Assembly: GCA_043820105.1 (NCBI GenBank)
Contig: JBDREC010000088.1
Coordinates: 1 to 64,000, forward strand
Direction: 5' to 3'
From: Pseudomonadota bacterium
GTDB lineage: Bacteria; Bdellovibrionota_F; JAHFAK01; JBDREC01
DNA: 64,000 bases
The notes beneath the pieces are model-generated. The model made no database searches. It had not been told where the DNA came from and saw nothing but the letters and a program-made list of their open reading frames with translations. A program made the position numbers and the translations under genes. Numbering within the stretch: the stretch's first letter is position 1; every line of letters starts with the position of its first letter. Of this stretch, positions 1 to 10,300 are shown piece after piece.

Positions 1-51
1 TGAAAAAGTTATTGACTTTGAATGCAAATCTGCTCCAATATAACTATTCAT
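1..51 (-). mobile_element. 5' end of IS110-family (DEDD) transposase, running off the window
   Basis: Minus strand ATG at 51 behind AAGGAG RBS translates MNSYIGADLHSKSITFS, matching the IS110 N-terminal Y-I-G-x-D-L-H motif. Only 17 codons are visible. Confidence 0.7.
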
Positions 52-158
52 TGCGTCTCTCCTTCTTGTATCTTAATAATAATATTGTTATACAACAATT
101 TATACAGAAGCGAGAGATGCTTTTCATTATAATGGCACTAAACCCCCTGTTATATCAA

Positions 159-186
159 GGGGATCTTGAAATAAGTTAAGGATGAC
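159..186. repeat. Degenerate copy of palindromic repeat family A (GTCATCCTGAACTTGTTTCAGGATCCC)
   Basis: GGGGATCTTGAAATAAGTTAAGGATGAC resembles the reverse complement of the copy at 36186 and the copy at 61178. Confidence 0.65.
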
Positions 187-314
187 CATCGGGTAAATCG
201 CCATTTCGGGGTGGAAACTATTAGTTTATTCAGACACTTCTTTTTCCAAAATTCCTCGCACAGTATCTGGAGTATCTTAAGATGGATCATCAGGGTCTTT
301 TTTTGACTGAATTC

Positions 315-1052
315 CTATAAATTAAACTCATAACTAAGTTCAATTTCTTCGTCTGGATTAGCTAATAGATATTCTTTTGCTAAAACTCTTTTAACATCAG
401 TAATCAAGCTATTTTCATGCATAAGCTCTATTAATGTTCTGCTGCTAACAAGTCTTTCCGTTATATTTCTTGATGTTTGAACAAATTCATATCGACAATT
501 GTTCTTCCAGTCTGTAACTATTGTCGCGATTTCAAATTCAAGGTTAATGCTTGTTTCAAATACTGGACCTTTTGATGTTAATTTAAAAACATCTGTACTT
601 TCAATTAATGAAATCTCTGAACCAGGACAAGTTTTATAAAGATCTATTTTTAGATATGTTGAACCATATTCAGAAAGCTCAGAAATATCCTCTGGAAAGT
701 TTAATGTTATTGTAAGATCTCTAGGTTCTGAATCTGAAATTTCATATTCACTTGATGAGAAAATATCGCAATCACTACATTCTTCAGAATCAGTTTCACC
801 GCTTTCTTCACTGTCGGTTTCTATTTCCGCACATTCAGGGGCCTCTGGTGTTAGTTCACAATCGATATAAGTGTCCCCATCTTCGGGATCTTCTCCAAGG
901 TCAGTTATAATAATTTCTTCATCTTCATCAAATTTAAAATTTGAATTTTCTAAATCCTGGTATCCGCATCCTATTGCCATAATACAAAATAATAATAACA
1001 TGCCTAAAATATTAACGTTTTTTGCCAATGTACCTAAGTTTAATTTTTTCAT
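315..1052 (-). CDS. Hypothetical lipoprotein with acidic linker
   Basis: Likely start MKKLNLG at 1052 behind AAGGAGG; lipobox-like MAIGC; D/E-rich segment. Confidence 0.75.
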   Translation of the reverse strand: MKKLNLGTLAKNVNILGMLLLFCIMAIGCGYQDLENSNFKFDEDEEIIITDLGEDPEDGDTYIDCELTPEAPECAEIETDSEESGETDSEECSDCDIFSSSEYEISDSEPRDLTITLNFPEDISELSEYGSTYLKIDLYKTCPGSEISLIESTDVFKLTSKGPVFETSINLEFEIATIVTDWKNNCRYEFVQTSRNITERLVSSRTLIELMHENSLITDVKRVLAKEYLLANPDEEIELSYEFNL

Positions 1053-1119
1053 ATCCCATTTCCTCCTTAATTGATAACCATAAAATATTGATTTTTGCAT
1101 ATCTTGCTTTAGTTTTAAA

Positions 1120-1134
1120 GCATGTTTTGTGCCA
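1120..1134 (-). promoter_or_regulatory. sigma-54 promoter
   Basis: TGGCAC-AAAAC-ATGC on minus strand, about 70 bp upstream of ATG 1052. Confidence 0.7.
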
Positions 1135-1192
1135 AGACAAATGAGTTTAAATAAACATTTAAATAACATCTGGTTACATGGCATTTGCCTTA

Positions 1193-1237
1193 CATTTATT
1201 AAGTTAAAACTTGTGGATTTTTGTTGTTTTTGTAAAG
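1193..1237. repeat. 45-bp upstream element identical to 3520-3564
   Basis: CATTTATTAAGTTAAAACTTGTGGATTTTTGTTGTTTTTGTAAAG occurs at both sites. Confidence 0.9.
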
Positions 1238-1257
1238 GGAGCTAAGATGTTTTTAAT

Positions 1258-2517
1258 TTAAAATAAATTTTTTATGTCTTCCAATGAATATTTGCTTTCA
1301 ATATTTCCTTCTGAATAAGTATAAAAAGTCAAACCGATGTAAGGATCATTGTCTAAACTAATAACTTTTATAAAGATTAAATTTCCATAATCATCATAAT
1401 CATATTCATATGTTAGATCAATATTATTATCACCATCTGAATCATCTTCTAATTTTATGTTATTTCCATTTTCATCATATTCATAAGTTTTTATATGTTC
1501 ATAATTATTATCATTTCCAGAGTCATAGCTATATGATATGTTATTTCCGTTATTATCATACTCATATGTCTCTGCGAAAACGTAATCGCTTCCTTGATTG
1601 CCATATTCTACGCGTATAATGTTCTGATTTTCATCTAGTTGATAAGAGGTGTAATAGTCAATTACTTCATCATTTTCATAATCCAATTCTTCTTTAAGCA
1701 AGTTATTATTATCATCATATTCATAGTATTTAATATATTCATCTGTATTATCTGCATCATAGTCGTATATTGCTTTGCTGAGGTTTCCTTTTTCATCGTA
1801 TTCAAAAGAATAAATATGGTCTATGCTTCCATTTGCATCATTGTCCCTTTGTTCAGACACTAAATTAGAATTTTTGTATACATAATAAAAAATTTTATCC
1901 TCTTTGCCATCTGCATCATTATCATAAATCTCCTTAGACATATTTCCATCTTTATCATATTCATATGAATAAATTATATCTAGGGTTCCATCTCCATCAT
2001 TATCACGCTCTTTAGTGAGCAAGTTGAAGCTTTCATCATATTCATACAAGTACATCTCGCTTATTTCAGTGGCATTTATGTCATCATAATGGAAATAACT
2101 TGTTTCCTGTCCCATACTATTATATTCAGTAATAATCAGGTCACGGAATATTATTTCAAGATCTTCTTTTTCATATTTGTAATAACTTTTACTAATAATA
2201 TATTTATCAAGACCACTGCAGTCCTGATCAATTCCATCACCAAGAATTTCAGTTGCTCCTGGGTAAATTGAAGGATCTTGATCATCGCAGTCACCAGCTG
2301 TGATACTATATCCGTCTTCATCATTATCAATAAGTTCATCTTGAGCAGAGGCTAAACCGTCATTTTCATAAATAGAGTCTTGTAGGTTTTCCTGATTTTG
2401 AACAAAAACAGGCTGATTTGCACACGAATTCATTATTAAAATAAAAATAATTAAAATAGATATTTTAATACTGGATTTTAGAATAACTATGTATTTATAT
2501 GTGTTATTTTTAAGCAT
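1258..2517 (-). CDS. Lipoprotein with MopE-like metal-binding motif and tandem YEYD/DxDxDG repeats
   Basis: Lipobox MNSC; DNDEDGYSITAGDCDDQDPSIYPGATEILGDGIDQDC motif; repeated YEYDxxGN...DxDxDG units of about 25 aa. Confidence 0.8.
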   Translation of the reverse strand: MLKNNTYKYIVILKSSIKISILIIFILIMNSCANQPVFVQNQENLQDSIYENDGLASAQDELIDNDEDGYSITAGDCDDQDPSIYPGATEILGDGIDQDCSGLDKYIISKSYYKYEKEDLEIIFRDLIITEYNSMGQETSYFHYDDINATEISEMYLYEYDESFNLLTKERDNDGDGTLDIIYSYEYDKDGNMSKEIYDNDADGKEDKIFYYVYKNSNLVSEQRDNDANGSIDHIYSFEYDEKGNLSKAIYDYDADNTDEYIKYYEYDDNNNLLKEELDYENDEVIDYYTSYQLDENQNIIRVEYGNQGSDYVFAETYEYDNNGNNISYSYDSGNDNNYEHIKTYEYDENGNNIKLEDDSDGDNNIDLTYEYDYDDYGNLIFIKVISLDNDPYIGLTFYTYSEGNIESKYSLEDIKNLF

Positions 2518-2539
2518 ATATCTTCTCCTGTTGTATTTT

Positions 2540-3379
2540 TTAGTAAGCTTTAAAAGGTGTATTTGTGTTATCTAGCCTTTGGCTACCTGCAACTCTAATT
2601 ATTGAATTTGATAAGTCTTTTTGAGTATCTTCAAGAGAAGACAAGGGACCTGGGCAGTTTTTTTTCATGGTTTTGCATGGTCCACTATAATAAGGAAAGT
2701 AAATAGTATAAAATTCAGCATAGCCACTACCACAGCCCCTTTTTTCCAGAAAGGGCCCTATCATTGCATTAAGCTTTTCATCACCAAAGGCCCTTCTTAA
2801 TTTCTCTGGCAAGTATTCCAAGTCTTCTTCCGGGATTGAAGCATACATATAGTCTAGAAAGCATTCCATGTCCATATCATCTTTATAATACTTATCTGCT
2901 ATTTTCTCGAAATCACCAGCTGCCCCTCTTGTTTCTTGTGCTAGTTTAATTTCAAAAATCATATCAACCATGGAGTTTTTATCACCATCTGCTCCAAGTT
3001 CATAAGCTTGTTCTGCTACCATCATGGCTTGACCGCAATCACCGCTTCTTTTATAAGCATCTGAGATTTTGCGAAATAAGTTAAGTTTTGTTTGATACAT
3101 TTCGGATTCGGCATCTATGTTCCGAAGTATATTATAAGCAGCATAATTGAGGATATCCTCGATTTTTTGTCCTTTGCAGTCAAGCTTTCCAATTTCTTTA
3201 ACGCCAGGCCCGGCATTATCAATGCATTCATTTGCCTGGTTAAGCAGACCGTCAAGATAATCTGCAAGTACGGTTTGGCTTTTTATCGAGTTGTGTTGTG
3301 CAAAGCTTGGTGTGAAACTAAAAATTAGAAAACATTGTATTAAAAGAAAAAACACCTTTTTATTTGCCTTAATTTTCAT
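2540..3379 (-). CDS. Secreted hypothetical protein
   Basis: Signal peptide ending PSFA; AAGGAGG RBS; helical and Cys-containing. Confidence 0.75.
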   Translation of the reverse strand: MKIKANKKVFFLLIQCFLIFSFTPSFAQHNSIKSQTVLADYLDGLLNQANECIDNAGPGVKEIGKLDCKGQKIEDILNYAAYNILRNIDAESEMYQTKLNLFRKISDAYKRSGDCGQAMMVAEQAYELGADGDKNSMVDMIFEIKLAQETRGAAGDFEKIADKYYKDDMDMECFLDYMYASIPEEDLEYLPEKLRRAFGDEKLNAMIGPFLEKRGCGSGYAEFYTIYFPYYSGPCKTMKKNCPGPLSSLEDTQKDLSNSIIRVAGSQRLDNTNTPFKAY

Positions 3380-3446
3380 ATCCCATTTCCTCCTTAATTA
3401 ATAGCCATAAATTTTCGATTATTGCTAATCTAAGTTTATCTATATA

Positions 3447-3461
3447 GCAGGGATTGTGCCA
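3447..3461 (-). promoter_or_regulatory. sigma-54 promoter
   Basis: TGGCAC-AATCC-CTGC on minus strand; IHF-like AAACAATGACTTA at 3491-3503. Confidence 0.75.
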
Positions 3462-3519
3462 AAACACCTCGCCAGCAACAAGCGAAATTAAAACAATGAC
3501 TTAGCTTGCCATTTGCTTG

Positions 3520-3564
3520 CATTTATTAAGTTAAAACTTGTGGATTTTTGTTGTTTTTGTAAAG
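3520..3564. repeat. 45-bp upstream element identical to 1193-1237
   Basis: Exact duplicate at the same distance from its sigma-54 promoter. Confidence 0.9.
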
Positions 3565-3710
3565 CAAGAAGTCTTTTTAGGCAAGATTTTGTAATATTTT
3601 ACATAGCAATATTCTTAAAATAATAAATTTATTCATATGAAAAAAGTTGATTTACAGTGGTTTTTATGTTATAACATTATTTATTATCAACAAAAAAAGA
3701 TATAAAATTT

Positions 3711-5024
3711 ATGAAAAGAAATATTTTAAATAAACTTATAAACTGGAAGAACTCACAAAATAGAAAACCTATTCTATTAAAGGGAGCAAGACAGGTTGGG
3801 AAAACATACATTATCAAAGAATTTGGTAAAACCAATTTTGAAAATGTTCATTATTTTGATTTTATGAAAAATAAAAAGTTATGTGACTCCTTTTTAGACA
3901 CCCTTAATCCAGATCAAATATTATTAAATCTTGAACTGCAAAATAAAATCAAAATTGATATAAATAAGGATTTAATAGTTTTTGATGAGATTCAGGAATG
4001 TGAAAAAGCAATAAGTAGTTTAAAGTATTTTTATGAAACTTATCCAGGTGCTTTCATTATTGGATCAGGTTCATTTTTAGGATTGTCATTGGGGACAAGT
4101 TCATTTCCAGTTGGAAAAGTTGAAAAATTAAACCTCTATCCTATGAGTTTTTTTGAATTCTTGGAAGGCATTGATAATGAAAAAATATTAAATTTAATGA
4201 CTGATGGGTATGTTAATAACAAAATCTCTAAAGTGCTTCATGATGAAGTATTAATTTATTTAAAATATTACATAATAACTGGTGGTTTGCCTGAAGTTGT
4301 ATCGACATTTCATGAAAATTCAAATGATTTACAACTTGCGTTTGCTAAAGTTAGGGAACTTCAAAAATCTTTATTATTTGATTATGAAGCAGATATTAGC
4401 AAGCATTCTGGAAAATCAAATGCTGTTAAGATATTATCCGTTTTTAATAATGTGCCATTACAGCTGGCTAGAGAAAATAAGCAAAATAAAAAATTTATAT
4501 TCAAAAATATTTTGCCCAAAAACTCCAATTATTCAAACCTGGAAGATCCAATTAGCTGGTTAACAAAAGCTGGCCTGATTCATAAAATATCAATCTGCAA
4601 AAGAGCGGTAGAGCCTCTTAAGGCTTATACAGAAGAGAATAGATTTAATTTATTTATGTTTGATATTGGAATACTTGGAGCTATGCTTGATTTGGATCCC
4701 ATAAGTATTTTTAAATCTACCTATAAAGAATATAAAGGGTATATTTTTGAAAATTTCGTTATCCAAGAGCTTGTTTCCAGTCAAAAGTTTGATTTTTATA
4801 GCTGGAAAGAAGGAACTAGTGAAATTGAAATTTTAGCAAGAACAGAAAGTGGCATTACACCAATTGAAGTAAAATCAGGATTAAACACAAAAGCAAAAAG
4901 TCTAAAAGTTTTTGTTGAAAAATATGCTCCTCAAAAAAGATATTTATTATCACCTTTGAATATCAAGAAATGTGACTCTGGTATGGTTTTTTTACCTATT
5001 TATTGTGCTTCACTTATTCAATAA
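3711..5024 (+). CDS. AAA-family ATPase with DUF4143-type C-terminus
   Basis: GARQVGKT Walker A, VFDEIQ Walker B, GGLPE, FDIGIL and PIEVKSG motifs. Confidence 0.9.
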   Translation: MKRNILNKLINWKNSQNRKPILLKGARQVGKTYIIKEFGKTNFENVHYFDFMKNKKLCDSFLDTLNPDQILLNLELQNKIKIDINKDLIVFDEIQECEKAISSLKYFYETYPGAFIIGSGSFLGLSLGTSSFPVGKVEKLNLYPMSFFEFLEGIDNEKILNLMTDGYVNNKISKVLHDEVLIYLKYYIITGGLPEVVSTFHENSNDLQLAFAKVRELQKSLLFDYEADISKHSGKSNAVKILSVFNNVPLQLARENKQNKKFIFKNILPKNSNYSNLEDPISWLTKAGLIHKISICKRAVEPLKAYTEENRFNLFMFDIGILGAMLDLDPISIFKSTYKEYKGYIFENFVIQELVSSQKFDFYSWKEGTSEIEILARTESGITPIEVKSGLNTKAKSLKVFVEKYAPQKRYLLSPLNIKKCDSGMVFLPIYCASLIQ

Positions 5025-5094
5025 ACCTATTATAAAAGAAGCAATGTGCTTATTGCCTAAAGGCGAGTGTTTTTCTGCTATAAAAAGAGAACAA

Positions 5095-7008
5095 TTAAAA
5101 AGAACCAAGTTCAATGCAGCTCAGATTATCTCCCATTTCACCTGTCTGATCACCAATGTTTTCAGAAGCAGCCAGCCCTTGACCAAGTTCGCCAGAGCTA
5201 TTATTTCCCCAGCATTTTACACAATCTTCATCTATTAAAACGCAGGTGTGCTCGCTTCCAAGGGAAATTTCACTGGCTGTCAGATCATAGCCAAGACTAA
5301 CAGCTGACAAATTGCTTCCCATTTCGGAGGCTTCGTCTCCTATTGTTTCACTGTTTTCGTATCCTAGCCTTCCATAGGTTCCAATTCCCCAGCATTTTAC
5401 TCGACCAACAGATGTAAGCGTGCATACATGGTCATTTCCACAGGAAATTGCTGTTGCATATGTATTATTTCCAAGATCTACATTTGAACTGCCTGAAGGG
5501 TCATTTATATCAGTTGTATTTTCATAGCCAAGATTTCCATCATTTCTCCCCCAACATTTAATTCCGTTACCACTTAATAAAGCACAGGAAAATTGATTTC
5601 CAGTGCACATGTCCATTGGAATTTTATTTGCATCCCCAAGGTTTATTGCAGTGAAACTGTCTGATGCATCATCTCCTATTGGGTTACCAGTGCTATTATA
5701 ACCGCACTGTCCATATTCATTATTGCCCCAGCACTTTATTTCCTTGCCATTAATATCTTTCAAAAGTGCACAAACATGATTTGTGCCTGCGTCCATTTTT
5801 AAAACTTCAAAATAGCTGCCTATTTCAACAAAGGGTAAATTATTTCCCATTTCTGAAGTGCTGTCACCTCTATCTTGAGTATCTTTTAAGCCTAAGACGC
5901 CATTAGTGTTTTGCCCCCAGCATTTAATTCCCGCTGAAAAATCAGAGGTTTTATATCCATAGGCGCAGGAAAAACTGCCTCCTACTGTAATTCCTTGAGC
6001 TAGAAAGTTCATTCCAAGGTCAACGGCAACTATTGTCGCATTATCAATTAATTCAGAACCAGTTCTTCCAAGCACTGCGTTTTCAGCCAAGCCCCAGCAA
6101 TAAACAATGTTGCCAGTGCTTAAAGCGCAAGCATGTGTTTCTTGTATATCCATTTGAGTTATTTCAAAATTATCCAAATCAATTGGGAGCAGGCTTATCC
6201 CCATTTGTGAAGACGAAGTGCCTATATCTGAAGTGCCTGAGTTTCCCAGCAGATCACTATCTCCCCAGCATTTTACTATGCCATTTTGTATGACACATGA
6301 ATTATCACCACCTGCAAATAATTTCATTTCATCTGATGACTCATCATCACTTGTGCTTGTGGATTCTGAAATACCTTCTGTTTCTGTGGTGTCAATAAAA
6401 CTGATTAGTTGATTATTTGATGAATTGTAAACCAGGGTTCCAAAATCTAAATCCACATCACTTGAAGCTTTAAGTAAATTTGTGCCATTTTTATCTTTAA
6501 TGGAAATTTTTTCTGCATCCACACAGTCCAGGCTTGAAAGAGTTGTTAGTGTACTTGAAGCTTCAATGCAATTTGCAATTCCAGGAACTATCCAGATTGA
6601 AAAAGTCAGGTCTGCAGAAATTTCAGCACTAACATCTATTGTATTATTTGATATTTGTGCAAGGCCAATAATCTCAGAATTATCTTCATCAACGATCATT
6701 GCCATAAATAGATAATCTGAGGAGCTATTTTTTATCCTGGAAATAGTTTTTTTCGATTTATTGACTATTTCAGATACTGGCACCCCAACAGGAGATATAA
6801 TTTCATCGCTTGTTATTAGATCACTTGTGTCAATGGTGGCAGAATTGCTTAGAAGCATATCAATATCGATTGTGGCTAGAATATTAATTTCATAATTATC
6901 ATTATTTTGAGTTTGATCAGTATTGCTGTCATTGTTATTAAAGTTGCAGGAGTAGAATGATAATACAATAAAAACATAAAGAAGAAATCTTAATGGTTTT
7001 GTTTTCAT
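5095..7008 (-). CDS. Lipoprotein with RCC1-like beta-propeller repeats
   Basis: Lipobox FYSC; repeated HxCAL...VKCWGxNxxGxLG units. Confidence 0.9.
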   Translation of the reverse strand: MKTKPLRFLLYVFIVLSFYSCNFNNNDSNTDQTQNNDNYEINILATIDIDMLLSNSATIDTSDLITSDEIISPVGVPVSEIVNKSKKTISRIKNSSSDYLFMAMIVDEDNSEIIGLAQISNNTIDVSAEISADLTFSIWIVPGIANCIEASSTLTTLSSLDCVDAEKISIKDKNGTNLLKASSDVDLDFGTLVYNSSNNQLISFIDTTETEGISESTSTSDDESSDEMKLFAGGDNSCVIQNGIVKCWGDSDLLGNSGTSDIGTSSSQMGISLLPIDLDNFEITQMDIQETHACALSTGNIVYCWGLAENAVLGRTGSELIDNATIVAVDLGMNFLAQGITVGGSFSCAYGYKTSDFSAGIKCWGQNTNGVLGLKDTQDRGDSTSEMGNNLPFVEIGSYFEVLKMDAGTNHVCALLKDINGKEIKCWGNNEYGQCGYNSTGNPIGDDASDSFTAINLGDANKIPMDMCTGNQFSCALLSGNGIKCWGRNDGNLGYENTTDINDPSGSSNVDLGNNTYATAISCGNDHVCTLTSVGRVKCWGIGTYGRLGYENSETIGDEASEMGSNLSAVSLGYDLTASEISLGSEHTCVLIDEDCVKCWGNNSSGELGQGLAASENIGDQTGEMGDNLSCIELGSF

Positions 7009-7396
7009 ATTCCTTATCAGTCTTTTGAGTAAATTACCTTTAGCCTAGCATAGCTTTATAGAAAAGTAAATTATTTATTATTGAAATAGGCCATGTTATT
7101 TTAAAAGCACCGAGAAGGACAATATTTAGAGATTTGTTTTAATTTACACGGGCTTGCAACAAACACTTATTGTCTTGTTAAGTTAAATATGCTATGAATT
7201 TGCAGCCTTTTGTCACAAGCAAGGCCTATCAAGACACAATCCCTGCGCTGGGCGTTAACACTTTAATAATAAAAAGGAAATATAGCTAACGGCTATTAGA
7301 AAAGCATTTATTTAACTTAATAATGTTGAGTTTTTTGTTTTTTTTGTTAAGCTATTAAAATTATAATCATTATTAATTAATTAATGAGTTTAAAAA

Positions 7397-10300
7397 ATGA
7401 AAGAAAAATTAGATGCTTTTTTTGCTTCATTAAACAAAGGCAAAAAAAAGTATTCAGCTCATACAATTGAACAATATAAAAAAAAGCTTAATGATTTATT
7501 TGAATTTTGTGGCTATAAAGATGAATTTGACTTAGCTGACCTCGATGCATTTATCAATGATTTAAAAGCTAAAAATCATTCAAATTCTATTATTAACTTA
7601 TACATTTCAGCAATTAAAACCTTTTATAATTTTATTAATAAAAGATATAAAACCGAAAATCTAGGCAAAAAAATAAAAAACGAGAAAATTCGAAAGACTT
7701 TAAAGCTTGAAGATACAGATATTTTAAAGTTTTTACATAACATTAAAGATTTAGAAGATCCTAATAGGGGGATTTTCTATTTATATATCTTGTTTGGATT
7801 TAGCACCTCATTTATATCTAAATTAACTAAAGAAGATGTTGAAATTTTAGAGTGTAAAATAGGAATAAAAACAGATAAAAAACAATTTGAGTATTTTTCG
7901 TTAAATAATAGTGAATTTAAAGAGGTAATCAGGGCTTGTCTTGTGAATTTATGCGAAAATTCTCAAAATTATTTATTTGAAACCAAAAAGGGCACCTGTC
8001 TTTCAAAGCCCCATTTTAAATATCTGTTTAATAAATTTAAAAAATATTTACCTTTAGATTGCGATTCAATTATAAGATTAAAGGCAGATAATTTAATGCT
8101 TATAAAAGAAAATATACTTGATGGTTCATTGGTAAAATTATTATCTAAAAAACTAAAGATAAACAGGCTAATTTCAAAAAATGATATGACGGCTATTTAT
8201 GTTGCCTATAATATCCCAGAAAAAATGCCCGTTATTTTAAAAATCTTAAATAAGGATAAACAAAGCAAGGTCACAATTGACCAATTTAAACACGAGTTTT
8301 TAAATCTTAAAAAAGTCTCACATCCTTTGGTTCCAAAAGCATATGACTTTGAGTATCTAAAAGAAATAGACAGCTATTGTTTTACAATGGAATATTTTGA
8401 TTTTGAAAGTCTATCAAAATATGAAAAGAAAATATCTAATAAAGATATTGCCTTTATTCTTTACTATATGCTTGAGCTTCTTGAGCATCTTAAAAAAACA
8501 GGAATAAGCCACAATGATATTAATCCAAATAATATTTTATTTAAAAAAGACAGTGACAATAAGCTGCATTTGAAATTACTTGATTTTGGACTATCAAAAG
8601 CCAGCAAAGAGTTTAGTGTAGGAGGCACATTTTTATATATGCCACCTGAAATGATTATTGAAAAGCAAATGTCTCCTTCTTTGGATTTATATTCATTGGG
8701 TATTACAGCGTATTATCTTATTTCAGGAAAGTTTCCCTTTAGCGTGAAAAGCTTTGATGCATATCTTGAGGATATTAGAAAAGATAATTATATTTCCATA
8801 AGTAAATATAACAAAAATATATCCCTGAATTTTGAAAAAATTATATCTAAAATGACAGCCTTTGATCATGAAAAAAGGTACTCTTCGGCAAAAGAAGCTT
8901 TAGAGGACATCGAGAATTTAATTAAAATAGAGTTTTTAAATGATGATATTTTAAATGATCAAATCTCTCTTTCTTATGCAAATTTCATTGGAAGAAACAA
9001 GGAACTTTCAATATTAAAAAATAATTTTAGTATTGTTTATTCAGATATTTTAAAAACAAAGGAAATTAAATCATTTTTAATAAGTGGAGAAAAAGGTATT
9101 GGTAAAAAAAGACTAATAAACGAAATAGAAGTTTTAGCAAATTTAAACTGTATAGAATTAATTAAAGTTGATATCTCTAATAAAGATTTTTTAAATGAAA
9201 TTGTAGAGATTTGTCATAAGAAAAGAAAGCTCAAAAAAGAAGATACTAATATTGAATCAGAAGATGTAAATATTATAAAATCATCTCTGCTAAAAAAACT
9301 AGCTGTTTCTTTTTGTGATATTTTCAAGAATCAAAAGACTCTTCTTATTGTTGAAAACTTAGAGTGCCTGGACAAAACAGGCTTAACATTCTTTAAATTC
9401 TATTTAGATGAGCTTGTAAAAATTAGACTGTCATTAATGCTTTTGTTTTCACAGAATATTGACATATCGAGGGAAAATCCGAATATTTATAAGCTAAAGG
9501 AGTCAACTTCAATACACACAGGCTTTGAAGAAATTTGCCTGACAAATTTTTGCATGGCAAAAAGCCTTGATTTTATTTCTTCTATCTTAAACAGAGCCGT
9601 TTCTCCTGATTTTGTGGACTTTGTGTTTTCTTCTACAAATGGTAATCCACATTATATTATCTCATTGCTCTCTTATTTGCGAGATAGGGCCTTCTTGTAT
9701 ACAAAGAACCAGGTTGTAATGTTGAAAAAACATGCAATCGATATTCCTCCAAATATTCTAGAATTAACTTCTTCGAGGCTAGAGAGATTATCGCAAATAC
9801 AAAAAATAATTTTATTTATATTTACAGAGTTTAACAAGGAATTGAAAGTAGATATGTTGTTTTCAGTGTTATTAGAAACAAAACACAGTTTGCCTTTAGT
9901 TGATTTGATTGTGCACCTTAAGCAGCTTGTATCTGTAAATTTTATTAAAATAGTAAATAAAAAAGATGTTTTGTATAAGGAAAATATTAACGAAAATTCA
10001 ATCCTCAATCTTTCTGATCAGTTAATCAGTAATCAGATTCAAAAGCATATTTCGAAAAATAATTTAAAAGATATATCTTTGGCACTTTCAAATACAATGG
10101 AAGATTATTTAATAAAAGATAGTTCGTATAAAAAAGTCGCTGCTAGAAATTTACATAAAACAGGTCAAAACCAGAAGGCCTTTGATTTATATATTGAAAT
10201 CGCTGACGATTATTTGAAAAATAACATGATTGATTTAGCAGAAGATTATTACGAAAAAGCAACTTCTGCAAAGGAAATATTTGAAGGCGGTGAAAGCTGT

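Noticed and set aside
1053-1184. Longer N-terminal extensions in the ORF track (also at 17045, 17110, 21678, 25980 and 47664)
   Set aside because: They overlap promoter elements or lack an RBS; downstream ATGs give proper signal peptides, most with a clear RBS.
7231-7246. sigma-54 promoter for the giant activator (AAGACACAATCCCTGC)
   Set aside because: It resembles the 3447 promoter but lacks the invariant -24 GG.
7397-8080. Active integrase marking a prophage or island boundary
   Set aside because: Catalytic R, HxxR and Y are absent, the domain is fused in frame to a regulator, and no att site, tRNA or phage genes were seen.
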